64,000 bases of DNA from Desulfosudaceae bacterium (GTDB taxonomy: Bacteria > Desulfobacterota > Desulfobacteria > Desulfobacterales > Desulfosudaceae): assembly GCA_963674745.2 (NCBI GenBank), contig CAXXDV010000003.1, positions 1,728,001 to 1,792,000 on the forward strand. Direction: 5' to 3'. The translations under genes were made by a program, and so were the position numbers. Of the stretch, positions 1 to 10,149 are shown piece by piece. Within the stretch, counting starts at the first letter, position 1, and each line of letters opens with the position of its first letter. Under the pieces are notes generated by a model. It searched no databases, was not told where the DNA came from, and saw only the letters and a list, made by a program, of their open reading frames with translations.

Positions 1-11
1 TGACGGGTTAT

Positions 12-1547
12 ATGCTGATATCGGTCTTTGTCACAACGACCGCCCTGATCCGCATCAACCAGATCAGCGGCTCCTTCCGGAACGATCTGAAACTGGCGGG
101 CCTGATCGTGGGCCAGGCGATTCCGCTGATGGCCGTTCTTTTTCTGGTTTTCCCCCGAATCCCGGGAAGTTTCTTCGGTCTGTCGCGACTGTATACGGCC
201 CGTACCGGATTTTCCGATGTTCTTCGGCCCGGCAGTGTGGCCCGACTGGTTGAAGACAAGGCCATCGCTTTCCGGGTGACATTTGACGAACCGGCGCCTC
301 CCGCGGAAAAACGATACTGGCGGGGAATCGTATTTGAACGGTTTGACGGCCGGCAGTGGTATGCCGCCAAAGGCACGCCGTTGCTGAGGGATTATCCGGC
401 CGGAGATGACCGGGTATCCTATACGGTCAATCTGGAACCTCATAATCAGCGCTGGCTGTTCGCTCTTGACCTGCCCTTGGAAGCTCCCCGCTGGACGAAT
501 CTGAGGGCCGATTATACGTTAAGAACCGTCAGGCCCGTCCGCCAAAAAATACGCTACCGGATGACCTCGCTGATCGACTACCGGACCCGGGGCACCAGCA
601 GGATGATTGAACCTGCCCTTCAGCTGCCGCCGGACGGAAACCCCCTGGCCAGGGACCTGGCCAGGCAGCTGGCCGGTAACGCCGGGTCGGCCGTGGAAAA
701 AGCCGAACGGATAATGGCCTATTTTAAAAGCCGGAATTTTGTGTACACATTGCAGCCGCCGCCGCTGGGCGATCATCCCGTGGACGACTTTTTCACCCGT
801 ACCCGAAGCGGTTATTGTGAGCACTATGCCTCGGCTTTTGCCTTTATGATGCGGGCTTTAGACGTGCCGGCCCGTGTGGTCGGCGGATACCTGGGCGGAG
901 AGATCAATCCCTATGGAAATTATCTGCTGATTCGCCAATCGCACGCCCATGTCTGGGTTGAAATCTGGCAGGAAGATCTGGGTTGGCGACGTGTTGACCC
1001 GACCACCGCTGTAATGCCGGATCGTATTTCGACCGGTATGGCATCTGCCCTGTCCCGTGAAACCGGGAAAAGGCCACTGGCCGCTTTTTTCAACCGGCTT
1101 AAATTGCGATGGGACGCTGTCAGCACAGCCTGGGAGGAATGGTTCACCGGCTATTCCCATGAGGAACAGCAGGCACTTCTGGATCGTCTGGGACTCGCCT
1201 GGCAGGGATGGACCAGGACCGCCAGGCTGCTGGGGCTGGTCCTGGCGATAGTGACTCTGTTTGCCGTCGGATATTCGATTTATTTCTTTCTTCCCGGCAG
1301 AAAAACCGAGGACAAGATTACCCGCGGTTACAGACAATTTTTAAAAAAAATGACCCGTGCGGGTTTTCATAAACAACCCGCCCAGGCAGCAGGCGACTTT
1401 GCCCGGGAGATTTGCCTTAAACGGCCTGACCTGGCTGAAACTGTCAACGAGATCACCCGTCTTTACGTTCGGCTGCGGTTTCAAAAAGAAGCGGAAGAGA
1501 ATACCTTGAGCCGTTTCCAAAAGGCGATAAGGGTTTTTACCCCCTGA
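12..1547 (+). CDS. TgpA-like membrane transglutaminase (DUF3488 + transglutaminase + DUF4129), probably 5'-truncated by the window edge
   Basis: Catalytic triad motifs GYCEHYASA, HAHVWVE and VDPT; YWRG motif; TM segments at both ends; frame is open back to the window start. Confidence 0.85.
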   Translation: MLISVFVTTTALIRINQISGSFRNDLKLAGLIVGQAIPLMAVLFLVFPRIPGSFFGLSRLYTARTGFSDVLRPGSVARLVEDKAIAFRVTFDEPAPPAEKRYWRGIVFERFDGRQWYAAKGTPLLRDYPAGDDRVSYTVNLEPHNQRWLFALDLPLEAPRWTNLRADYTLRTVRPVRQKIRYRMTSLIDYRTRGTSRMIEPALQLPPDGNPLARDLARQLAGNAGSAVEKAERIMAYFKSRNFVYTLQPPPLGDHPVDDFFTRTRSGYCEHYASAFAFMMRALDVPARVVGGYLGGEINPYGNYLLIRQSHAHVWVEIWQEDLGWRRVDPTTAVMPDRISTGMASALSRETGKRPLAAFFNRLKLRWDAVSTAWEEWFTGYSHEEQQALLDRLGLAWQGWTRTARLLGLVLAIVTLFAVGYSIYFFLPGRKTEDKITRGYRQFLKKMTRAGFHKQPAQAAGDFAREICLKRPDLAETVNEITRLYVRLRFQKEAEENTLSRFQKAIRVFTP

Positions 1548-1789
1548 TCCGGGCATTCTGAGGGGCCGTCCGTTTATCCAACCCGGTACCCATATGATAA
1601 GCCCTGCCGGTTCCAGAGGCCCTTGAGCGCCTGAAGCCTTGTCTGTCGCTAATTTAACGGCCGTCAACCACAACCAAAACAACCTTTAGAACGATTGACA
1701 ATGATTTACCGGATCTGTTATATGAAACATAAATAATGTGGAACGATTATGTTGCCGCCGAACCGCAACCTGATAATACCCGAAGGCCC

Positions 1790-2812
1790 ATGGACGCCCC
1801 TCAAAAAAGACACCTTTTTTTCATTCTGATCGACACCGGGATGCTGGTCATCCTGACGGTCAACCTGGTCTGGATTGTTTTTGACGGGCTTTTCGGCATC
1901 GCCCTGATTCAGGACGGACTTGAAGCCCTTTCCGGTCGATTCGTGTCATTCTACATGCCGATTCACCGGAATTTCTTCTTTTATGACATGGCCTTTGTCA
2001 GTATTTACATTACGGAATTTCTCATCCAGTGGGTGCTTGCCATCAAGCGGGACATCTATCACCGCTGGTTTTTTTACCCCTTCATTCACTGGTATGATAT
2101 TGTCGGCTGCATCCCGGTGAACACGTTCCGCTTTGTGCGTATTTTCCGGGTTATCTCTATTCTGAACGGCATGCAGAAAATGGGCTGGATCGATTTCCGG
2201 CGCAGCTTTGCCTTCCGGGTCCTGGGAAAATATTACAATATTTTCACCGAAGAAATTTCAGACCGGGTGATGGTCAATGTGCTGGGAGAAATGCAGTCAC
2301 AGGTTCAGCAGGGATCTCCGGTGCTGGATAAAATTGCCGACCAGGTCATCAAATCCCGGAAACCGGAAATGGTCAAATGGTTTTCCCGCAAGATGCAGCA
2401 TGTGGTTGCTGAAAATTACGGGAATTTCAAAGATGATATCCGGGACTATGTCGACCTGCGTGTTCGGGATGCCGCAAAACGCAGCAGAGAGCTGACCATT
2501 ATCAGACGAACGGTTCCGTTAGTGGGTGGCATCGCGGTCAAAAACATTGAAAAAATTGTCGCCGACGTGGTATTTGAAATCATCAACGGCATGGTTGAAG
2601 ACCTTTCGGAGAACAACCTCGAAGAGCTGTTTGACCAGGTTGCCGATATTCTTCTGGGGTCACTGCTGGTCAAAGGTGAAGACCAGGATCTGAACCGGGC
2701 CGTGACCGAAGCAATGGTTCAGGCGCTTGAAATCATCAAAGACCAGGTCCGGGTTCAGCAATGGAAACTGCGGGAAAACACCCTTAAGGAACTTTCCATT
2801 CAATCAACATGA
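1790..2812 (+). CDS. Membrane protein with an ion-transport/voltage-sensor-like 4-TM domain and a helical C-terminal domain, no pore loop
   Basis: S2-like YDMAFVSIYITEF, S3-like WYDIVGCIP, S4-like FRFVRIFRV; ORF 1736-2812, ATG 1790 follows gaagg; ATGA overlap with next gene. Confidence 0.65.
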   Translation: MDAPQKRHLFFILIDTGMLVILTVNLVWIVFDGLFGIALIQDGLEALSGRFVSFYMPIHRNFFFYDMAFVSIYITEFLIQWVLAIKRDIYHRWFFYPFIHWYDIVGCIPVNTFRFVRIFRVISILNGMQKMGWIDFRRSFAFRVLGKYYNIFTEEISDRVMVNVLGEMQSQVQQGSPVLDKIADQVIKSRKPEMVKWFSRKMQHVVAENYGNFKDDIRDYVDLRVRDAAKRSRELTIIRRTVPLVGGIAVKNIEKIVADVVFEIINGMVEDLSENNLEELFDQVADILLGSLLVKGEDQDLNRAVTEAMVQALEIIKDQVRVQQWKLRENTLKELSIQST

Positions 2813-5073
2813 AAAAAGACAGGCCCTACAAAAAAAGAGCATTTCTGTCTTCCCTGAAAATAATCATCCCCCTGTGGGTGACCTTTCTGCTGTTTTGTTT
2901 AAGCACCCTGGTTTTTTTCGTACCTTCTGTAAAAAACAATCTGATTGACCAGAAACGGCAGACCATCCGTGAATTGACCGAGAGCACCTGGAGCCTCCTG
3001 AACGAGTACCATCAACGTGTTGAAAGGGGCGAACTGAGTCGTGAGAAAGCCCAGTCAAGGGTGATTGACCGCATTCGCCACATGCGCTATGGCCCGCAGG
3101 GAAAAGATTATTTCTGGATCAATGACCTTCATCCCAGAATGATCATGCATCCCTATTTCCCGGAACTGGAAGGTAAGGATCTGTCCGGTTATACCGACCC
3201 GGAGGGCAAAAGGCTTTTTGTCTCGGTCGTGAACGCCGTTCAAAAACATGGTGCGGGTTATGTGGATTATCTATGGCAATGGAAGGATGATCCGGGTCGG
3301 ATAGCCCCAAAAATATCCTTCGTCAAACTGTTTGAACCCTGGGGATGGGTAATCGGCACCGGACTTTATATCGGAGATGTACAAAAAGAAATCAGCGCCC
3401 TGTTAGAGAACCTGTATGAAATTCTGGGGGTGTTGATGTTCATGGTGCTGGTATTATCTTTATACATCACCTGGCAGGTAATCAGCACCGAGGACAAACG
3501 GGACAAAGCCCAGGCCTCGCTTCGGGAAAGCGAAGAAAAATACCGGATACTGGCTGAAAATGCCAATGACCTCATCTGGACCACGGATGCCGAATTACAG
3601 CCCACCTATATCAGCCCTTCTGTTGAACGCATAAGAGGGCTTACGCCGGAAGAAGCCCGGCGTCAGCCTTTACAAGACAACCTGACACCGGAATCATACA
3701 AAAAGGTGATGTCGACTTTTTATGACGCCATGGGAAAGGAGTCCCGGGGAGAACCGATAACCGGACCGATTGTACTGGAACTGGAGTCCCGACGTAAAGA
3801 CGGTTCAACGGTATGGCTAGAAAACAGTATCTCCCCTATCCGGGGGGAAAGCGGCGAACTGGCCGGACTGCTGGGTATCGGCCGGGATTTGACAGAGCGC
3901 AAGCGGACCGAAGCCGAAACCGGCCGCCTTGAAGAACAGCTTCGACAGGCTCAGAAGATGGAGGCCATCGGCACCCTGGCCGGCGGCATCGCCCACGACT
4001 TTAACAATATACTGGCACCCCTGGTAGGCTATGCCGAAATGCTGATCGAAGATCTTCCGGACAACCATCCGCTCCAGGTAAATGCCAGAATCATGCTGTC
4101 GGCCGCTTTGCGGGCCAGGGACCTTGTTCAACAGATATTGACTTTCAGCCGGAAACTGGAATCGGAAATTAAACCCATACGGCTTCAACAGATCATTAAA
4201 GAAAGCCTCAAACTGCTCAGATCGTCCATTCCCGCCAATATCGCAATTCATAACCATATTGATTCGGATTGCGGCCCGGTCAACGCCGATCCGACCAAGT
4301 TTCATCAGGTAATAATGAACCTGGCCACCAATGCGTATCATGCCATGGAAGAAACCGGCGGAGCGCTTACTGTCACCCTGAAAGAGATCCGGGTAGAAAC
4401 AAACGATCCCGCCCCGTCCGGGCTTCTTCCCGGCCGGTACGCCCGATTAAGTGTAGCCGACACGGGAGTGGGCATTAAACAGGAAGACATGAATAAAATT
4501 TTTGACCCTTACTATACCACCAAAGAAATCGGCAAGGGAACCGGATTGGGTTTATCGGTCGTACACGGTATCATTCAAGAACTGGGCGGCCTTATCGAGA
4601 TCTCCAGTGAACCGCACCGTGGCACCCGGATAGACCTTTATCTGCCGGTTATCGAAGACATTGACGGGCGCCAGGTAATCGTGCAGGACACCATCCCATT
4701 GGGTTCAGAGCACATACTCCTGGTTGATGATGAAAACGCCGTTATCCGCATGGTTGAACAGATGTTGACGCGACTGGGATATACGACGACGACCAGGACC
4801 GCCAGCATTGAAGCATATGAAGCATTTAAAGCCAATCCGGACCGATTCGATCTGGTCATGACCGACATGAGCATGCCCAACATGACCGGTATTCAGCTGG
4901 CACAAAAAATCAAGACGATCCGAAAAAACTTACCCATTGTGATCTGTACCGGATTCAGTGACCAGATAAATGATGAAAAATGCCATGCGCTCGGGATCCA
5001 GGGGTACCTGATGAAGCCCCTGGTCATCGGAGATCTTGCCGTAACCCTGCGAAAGGTCCTTGATTCGGCTTGA
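2809..5073 (+). CDS. Hybrid sensor histidine kinase (TM-single Cache-TM-PAS-HisKA-HATPase-REC)
   Basis: Cache motifs DYFWIND..MIMHP and WGWVIGTG; PAS; H-box AGGIAHDFNNIL; GKGTGLGL; receiver LLVDDE...TDMSMP..KP. Confidence 0.92.
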   Translation: MKKDRPYKKRAFLSSLKIIIPLWVTFLLFCLSTLVFFVPSVKNNLIDQKRQTIRELTESTWSLLNEYHQRVERGELSREKAQSRVIDRIRHMRYGPQGKDYFWINDLHPRMIMHPYFPELEGKDLSGYTDPEGKRLFVSVVNAVQKHGAGYVDYLWQWKDDPGRIAPKISFVKLFEPWGWVIGTGLYIGDVQKEISALLENLYEILGVLMFMVLVLSLYITWQVISTEDKRDKAQASLRESEEKYRILAENANDLIWTTDAELQPTYISPSVERIRGLTPEEARRQPLQDNLTPESYKKVMSTFYDAMGKESRGEPITGPIVLELESRRKDGSTVWLENSISPIRGESGELAGLLGIGRDLTERKRTEAETGRLEEQLRQAQKMEAIGTLAGGIAHDFNNILAPLVGYAEMLIEDLPDNHPLQVNARIMLSAALRARDLVQQILTFSRKLESEIKPIRLQQIIKESLKLLRSSIPANIAIHNHIDSDCGPVNADPTKFHQVIMNLATNAYHAMEETGGALTVTLKEIRVETNDPAPSGLLPGRYARLSVADTGVGIKQEDMNKIFDPYYTTKEIGKGTGLGLSVVHGIIQELGGLIEISSEPHRGTRIDLYLPVIEDIDGRQVIVQDTIPLGSEHILLVDDENAVIRMVEQMLTRLGYTTTTRTASIEAYEAFKANPDRFDLVMTDMSMPNMTGIQLAQKIKTIRKNLPIVICTGFSDQINDEKCHALGIQGYLMKPLVIGDLAVTLRKVLDSA

Positions 5074-5184
5074 ATAAACAAAGGGGGAGGTTACGAATGT
5101 TGCATTAAATATGATAGTATTCAATAATACGGATTCAAATGAACAATGCCTGATGCAACCACCAATTATGAAAAGGAATCGGGT

Positions 5185-6339
5185 ATGAAAATCAAAAAAA
5201 TTTTAAAATCGGTAAAAGAAAAAAAAGTCCCGCAGATCCGATGTTTTCCCGAAGGGATGGTGGGTGCCGCGGCCGCTGCCAGCAGTTTCCGGGGAAAATT
5301 TTCAAAGCTTACGCCTATTGAACGGCTGCTCACCACGTTCAAGCATAAAGAACCGGATAGAGTTCCGGTCGTTCCTCTGGCCAATGCCGTGGCCAGAAGA
5401 ATTACCGGCATCTCTTTTCCGGAATATTCCACCAACCCGGAAAAAACCGCTGAAGCGTTATGCGCCTCGGTGAATTTCGTGGGCGGCGACCTGGTGGTGA
5501 TGATGATTGACTTATCGGTTGAAGCGGCCGATTTCGGTCAGGAAGTGATCTATCCGTTAAACTCCACCGCACACCCTAACTACCTGAATCCTTTCATCAA
5601 AGATGTGGATGATTATCTGAAAATAAAACCCATTGATCTGTCTACGACCACCAGAATGAAAGGGATTGTCAGGATGTGTGAAATCATGTCCGACCCGAAA
5701 ACATGCCCCGTACCCGTTTCCGGGTTTGTCTACGGCCCCCTGGAAATACTAATGATGATGCGGGGTGCAAAAGACTTTTATAAAGATTGCCGGAATTACC
5801 CTGACCACGTAAAAAAAGCATGCGCGGCGATAACGGAAACGCTTCTGGCGTATGTTAAAGCACAATCCGATACCGGTATTCATGCCATAACCATTGATAC
5901 ACTGCTGGCATCCTGGAACGCATTACCTAAAAAAGTCTGGTCGGATCTTGAGGGTGACTTCACCGGTGAAATTACCCGATGTGTTAAGGACAACGGTTGT
6001 CTTGTCGGTATTCATAACTGCGGTGACGGTGTTTATTTTGATGCCCAGATAAAGGCCATGGCCCCGGACTTCATCAGTTTTGCCCAGCTGCCGGACGACT
6101 GCAGCACCCCCCGTGAAATGAAAGAAAAATATGGTGACCAGATAACCCTGGTGGGGTATGTGCACACCCCGACGATCGTCAACGGCACCCCCCAGCAGGT
6201 GATGGATGAAGCCAGAGAACAAATCGACATTCTTGCCCGGGACGGAGGGTTTGTACTGGCACCCGGTTGTGAATATCCGCCTAATTTATCACTTGAAAAT
6301 GCGTTCGCGCTGGTCAAGGCGGCGGAACTGTATTCATAA
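5185..6339 (+). CDS. Uroporphyrinogen decarboxylase-family (MtaA/CmuA-like) methylcobamide methyltransferase
   Basis: PDRVPVVP, DLSVEAADFG, GPLE, Zn-type HNCG and APGCE motifs; next to a corrinoid protein; RBS aagga before ATG 5185. Confidence 0.8.
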   Translation: MKIKKILKSVKEKKVPQIRCFPEGMVGAAAAASSFRGKFSKLTPIERLLTTFKHKEPDRVPVVPLANAVARRITGISFPEYSTNPEKTAEALCASVNFVGGDLVVMMIDLSVEAADFGQEVIYPLNSTAHPNYLNPFIKDVDDYLKIKPIDLSTTTRMKGIVRMCEIMSDPKTCPVPVSGFVYGPLEILMMMRGAKDFYKDCRNYPDHVKKACAAITETLLAYVKAQSDTGIHAITIDTLLASWNALPKKVWSDLEGDFTGEITRCVKDNGCLVGIHNCGDGVYFDAQIKAMAPDFISFAQLPDDCSTPREMKEKYGDQITLVGYVHTPTIVNGTPQQVMDEAREQIDILARDGGFVLAPGCEYPPNLSLENAFALVKAAELYS

Positions 6340-6371
6340 AATTCACATTCTATTTGAAAGGGAGAAGCATA

Positions 6372-7064
6372 ATGACCGCATCTTCTGCAATATTAAACGA
6401 TATTGAAAAAGCCGTATTGTCACAGGACCCGGATAGTGTTGACGCAATTTTTCAGGAAGCGGCCGTTGCCGACCTGGATGCCGACCTGCTTTTGGGTGCG
6501 TTGACCAAAGGCCTTGATGAAGCCCGTAAACAGCTGGGCGACATGACCACCAGTGTTGGCGACTTTCTGCTGTCTGTCGATGCCGTCAGATGCGGTTTGT
6601 CACACCTTAAAGAAAGAATGGTTCCGAATGATGGTAAACAAAAACGGGCGGTCCTGGGTGTCGCTCCCGGCGAGGTGCATAATCTGGGTATTTACATTAT
6701 CTCCGGCGTGATGGAGGCGCTGGGATACGACGTGATCTGCCTGGAACAGGACACGGATACCGATGTTTTCATAAACGAACTCAAACGTATGGACGCCTCG
6801 ATCCTTGGTGTTTCTTCAATGATGACCACTACCCTGGCGGGAATGCAGGACATTATTGTCCGCTGTAACCGTGAACTGCCGGATGTTAAAATTCTCGTCG
6901 GCGGTGCCTGCATGGATGAAAAAATGGCGACATCAATGGGTGCCGATGGATTTGCCGAATCTGCAGTTGATCTTCCCGGATCATTGGATAAACTCGATTC
7001 CCAGGGAACCTATAAACGAAGATATATGGATTATGATAAAAAGGTCCAGGTAACCGAATATTAA
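6372..7064 (+). CDS. Cobalamin-binding corrinoid protein (MtaC/MtbC-like, helical cap + B12 Rossmann domain)
   Basis: GEVHNLG (DxHxxG variant), SSMMTTT, LVGGA, GADGFAE; RBS ggag. Confidence 0.88.
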   Translation: MTASSAILNDIEKAVLSQDPDSVDAIFQEAAVADLDADLLLGALTKGLDEARKQLGDMTTSVGDFLLSVDAVRCGLSHLKERMVPNDGKQKRAVLGVAPGEVHNLGIYIISGVMEALGYDVICLEQDTDTDVFINELKRMDASILGVSSMMTTTLAGMQDIIVRCNRELPDVKILVGGACMDEKMATSMGADGFAESAVDLPGSLDKLDSQGTYKRRYMDYDKKVQVTEY

Positions 7065-7314
7065 CCCGCAACCCCCGGAACACTTTTGCCTGCCTGATTT
7101 TATCCGCCATCAACGCAAAGCATTGCAACTGATATTTACCTTGCGCTCGGTGTAAGGCGGCCCGGTTGATGCGCCGACAGTCTTTTCCTGTCCTGGATAT
7201 AGTATTTTTTCGAGTGTAGAAAAAAATTGACAAGACCGGTCCCTTCTTTCATACTCATATGCTTTGGAGATATGGACTTAATTTCTAATTAACGAAACCG
7301 GGACCGGTTACCAC

Positions 7315-8790
7315 ATGGAAAATACGCGACTGACGCATCTGGACGCCCTTTTCAACCCCAAAACCATCGCTTTTATCGGCGCTTCCGAAGAAACAAACAA
7401 ATGGGGCTTTATTGTGTTTAACAGTATCCTGCGCGGCGGATGGCAGGGGCGTATCTATCCGGTCAATCCCGGCAGGCAAACGGTGTTGGGCATCAAGGCC
7501 TGCAATTCGGTTACAGATATAACAGAGGAAATCGACCTGGCGGTCATGACCGTACCGGCCAAATATGTGCCCATGGTTATTGACGACTGCCTGTCAATGA
7601 AGATTAAAGCAGGCCTGATTATCTCCGCTGGTTTTCGCGAAATGGGCGGTGAACAGAAGCGGATTGAAGGGGAAATGGTGGCCCGGGCCAGGGCGGGCGG
7701 TATGGTGCTGGTGGGTCCCAACTGTCAGGGTATATTCTGCCCTTCCAGCCGTCTTTATGCCCATATGCCCCGGCATTTTTTTATCCCGCCCGGAAAAGTG
7801 GCGGTCGTATCCCAGAGCGGCAACATTTCCAATATGCTTGTGGGTGCTGTTTATGAGGCCGGTCAGGGGATCGCCATGGGCGTTTCCTCGGGTAACGAAG
7901 CCGACCTGAGACTTGAAGATTACCTGACCTACATGGCGGGAAAAGCCGACGTGGAGGCTATTGTCGCCTATATTGAAAGCGTGCCCGAAGGACGCCGTTT
8001 TTTCGAACAGGCGGCACGCGTCACGCGGCACAAGCCGGTGGTCGTGCTCAAAGGAGGGCGAACCCCCTCGGGCAAAAAAGCGGCCTCGTCCCATACCGGC
8101 GCCCTGGCCGTCGAAGACGCGCTGTTTGCCGATATCTGCCGGCAGACCGGTATTGTCCGGGCACATACTATTGAAGAAGCCGGGATACTTGCTGCTTCGT
8201 TTGTCAACCGTCCCCTTCCCCGGGGAAACCGGGTGGCCATCATGACCGGCGGCGGCGGACTGGGCGTGGTAGCCGCTGATATCTGCAGCGACAAGGGCTT
8301 TAATGTCGTTTCCCTTTCAGACGAAACCATTGGCAAACTAAAAAAACATCTGCCGGACTGGTGGGTACCGGGCAATCCGGTTGACCTGGTGGCCGGGAAT
8401 CGCTTTGACACGATTCTGCCCATTATGGAAATTTTGCTCAAGAGCAATGAAATCGATGCCATGATTTTTACCTTCGTGGGACCACCGAAAATTGACCGTA
8501 CGGATATAACCGAAGATGAACGCCGCGGTCTGGAACCGCCCAACCTGTTTGAAAGCCTGGGTGCCTTTATTCCGGCATTCATCGACCAGGTGCAGGCCCT
8601 GAGCTTTGAAACCGGTGTTCCGGTGTTCCCGGTTTTCAGTCTCCCGGAAATGATACAGACACCGTTTGTAGAAATGGCGATCGAAAAACCGGGCGCAATA
8701 TACAAGGATGTCGAACCTGCCTGCCGCGCCCTTACGGCCATGTATGAATACAGGCGTTTCTGTCAAAAGCAGGAAAACCGCGGTCACTGA
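7315..8790 (+). CDS. Acetate/acyl-CoA ligase (ADP-forming), alpha subunit
   Basis: LFNPKTIAFIGAS, ISAGFRE, GPNCQG, SQSG, phospho-His motif ASSHTGALA, NPVDL; no ATP-grasp beta domain in this ORF. Confidence 0.88.
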   Translation: MENTRLTHLDALFNPKTIAFIGASEETNKWGFIVFNSILRGGWQGRIYPVNPGRQTVLGIKACNSVTDITEEIDLAVMTVPAKYVPMVIDDCLSMKIKAGLIISAGFREMGGEQKRIEGEMVARARAGGMVLVGPNCQGIFCPSSRLYAHMPRHFFIPPGKVAVVSQSGNISNMLVGAVYEAGQGIAMGVSSGNEADLRLEDYLTYMAGKADVEAIVAYIESVPEGRRFFEQAARVTRHKPVVVLKGGRTPSGKKAASSHTGALAVEDALFADICRQTGIVRAHTIEEAGILAASFVNRPLPRGNRVAIMTGGGGLGVVAADICSDKGFNVVSLSDETIGKLKKHLPDWWVPGNPVDLVAGNRFDTILPIMEILLKSNEIDAMIFTFVGPPKIDRTDITEDERRGLEPPNLFESLGAFIPAFIDQVQALSFETGVPVFPVFSLPEMIQTPFVEMAIEKPGAIYKDVEPACRALTAMYEYRRFCQKQENRGH

Positions 8791-9115
8791 ATATTTGCCA
8801 TAACGAGCGGAGAAGACAGATTTTTTCACCGCGCTGAATCATAAAAATGTTGGCCTTTCAAAGGAATCAACTCGTCCTCCGATAATTTCGAAGTATTCCG
8901 CTGTTTCAAACAAGTCCATTTTTTCGGAAAACCAGCCGACGACGTCCTCAAAACAAATAACCATTTAAAAACAGAATACTACCACTTTTTCCAGGCCGAA
9001 TTTGCTTATCTTGTCCAATTCGCCAGTACGATTTCATCAGTTCGGAGTAACCCCTGAATCTGCTATTTTCATCTAACAAATTGAATTTAATTATTATAAT
9101 TTTTCAATAGCCGGT

Positions 9116-9131
9116 TGGCACGCTTCTTGAT
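9116..9131 (+). promoter_or_regulatory. Possible sigma-54 (-24/-12) promoter
   Basis: TGGCACGCTTCTTGAT versus consensus TGGCACG-N4-TTGCW (mismatch at the conserved -12 C); upstream of RBS GGAGG and ATG 9171. Confidence 0.35.
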
Positions 9132-9181
9132 TGACATTTAATATAGCAAAGAATTTCTGGAGGAATAAAAATGTTAACAAG

Positions 9182-9329
9182 TTTAACCATGATGCCGGTC
9201 GACCAGGATGTTTCGGGGCCGGGGGCTGTGTTCCCGTCAAAAATCCCCCACCCCCCCCCCCCCCCCAAAAACCCGACCGACACAATCCCCGGCTCTGGAA
9301 TTTCCTGGCCGGCCGGCTTCCTGGTTAAA
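9182..9329. repeat. About 50-bp imperfect inverted repeat enclosing a C-rich loop with a C16 run
   Basis: Arm 9182-9231 (tttaacca..gccggtcgaccagga..ggggccgggggctgtgt) pairs with 9280-9329 (acacaatccccggctct..tcctggccggccggc..tggttaaa); C16 at 9251-9266. Confidence 0.85.
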
Positions 9330-9538
9330 ACCAGATCCGGGGGGATCTTTTTCTGGATACGTATTCAGACCGGTGATTCCGACATCCATTCAACTGGTTA
9401 CGACCTTACGTAAAAAAAGCCTGTTCAACCATTTGGCATTGATATATAATTGGATTAATCAGCCACTGAGACAGTGTAGCCTGAACGTTCTGCATAAAAC
9501 CGATTAAGGGCTCGTCATTTAAGCAGAAGGAGATAACA

Positions 9539-9952
9539 ATGGTTTCAACCATTATGGTCGTAGACGACTCAACCAGTGTACGAAAAATGATTTCGTTCAC
9601 ACTGGAAAACGCCGGATACACCGTAGTCGAGGCAGAGAACGGCCAAGACGCATTGGAAAAACTCAAAGAATCGGAAATCAACATGTTTATACTGGATCTG
9701 AACATGCCAGACATAAACGGCTTTGAGCTCACAAGCACCTTACGCTCAACGGATGAGCACCGGTACAAACCAATCATCATACTGACGACTGAGTCACAGT
9801 CGTCAAAAAAACAGGAAGCCCGCCAGGTAGGTGCAACCGGCTGGATTACCAAACCATTTAAACCGGATCAGTTGATTAATGTGGTTAAAAAAGTAATAAC
9901 GTCTTCTTTGCCTGAAGATTGCCTCAAAAGTTCAGACAAGGTTAACCATTAA
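9539..9952 (+). CDS. cheY: Single-domain response regulator, CheY-like
   Basis: IMVVDDS, LDLNMP, LTTES, GWITKPF; RBS aaggag. Confidence 0.85.
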   Translation: MVSTIMVVDDSTSVRKMISFTLENAGYTVVEAENGQDALEKLKESEINMFILDLNMPDINGFELTSTLRSTDEHRYKPIIILTTESQSSKKQEARQVGATGWITKPFKPDQLINVVKKVITSSLPEDCLKSSDKVNH

Positions 9953-10149
9953 CGTCATTATACCGTGGCTTAACGTACAAAAGTGCTTTGAAATAACAGA
10001 CGAAAACGACCTCTTTCACATCCGCACAGTCATGCCATTTTTTGCCATTTCCAACCGCAAAGCAGTTGCCGAAAAAAACTGAACAGTATATCCATTCTCA
10101 GCCACGGCTTCGACTTAACCGTTTATCCCGAATATTTCATGAACTTTTC

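Noticed and set aside
6372..7064. HgcA mercury methylase
   Set aside because: No N(V/I)WCA(A/G)GK cap-helix motif, no TM domain and no adjacent hgcB
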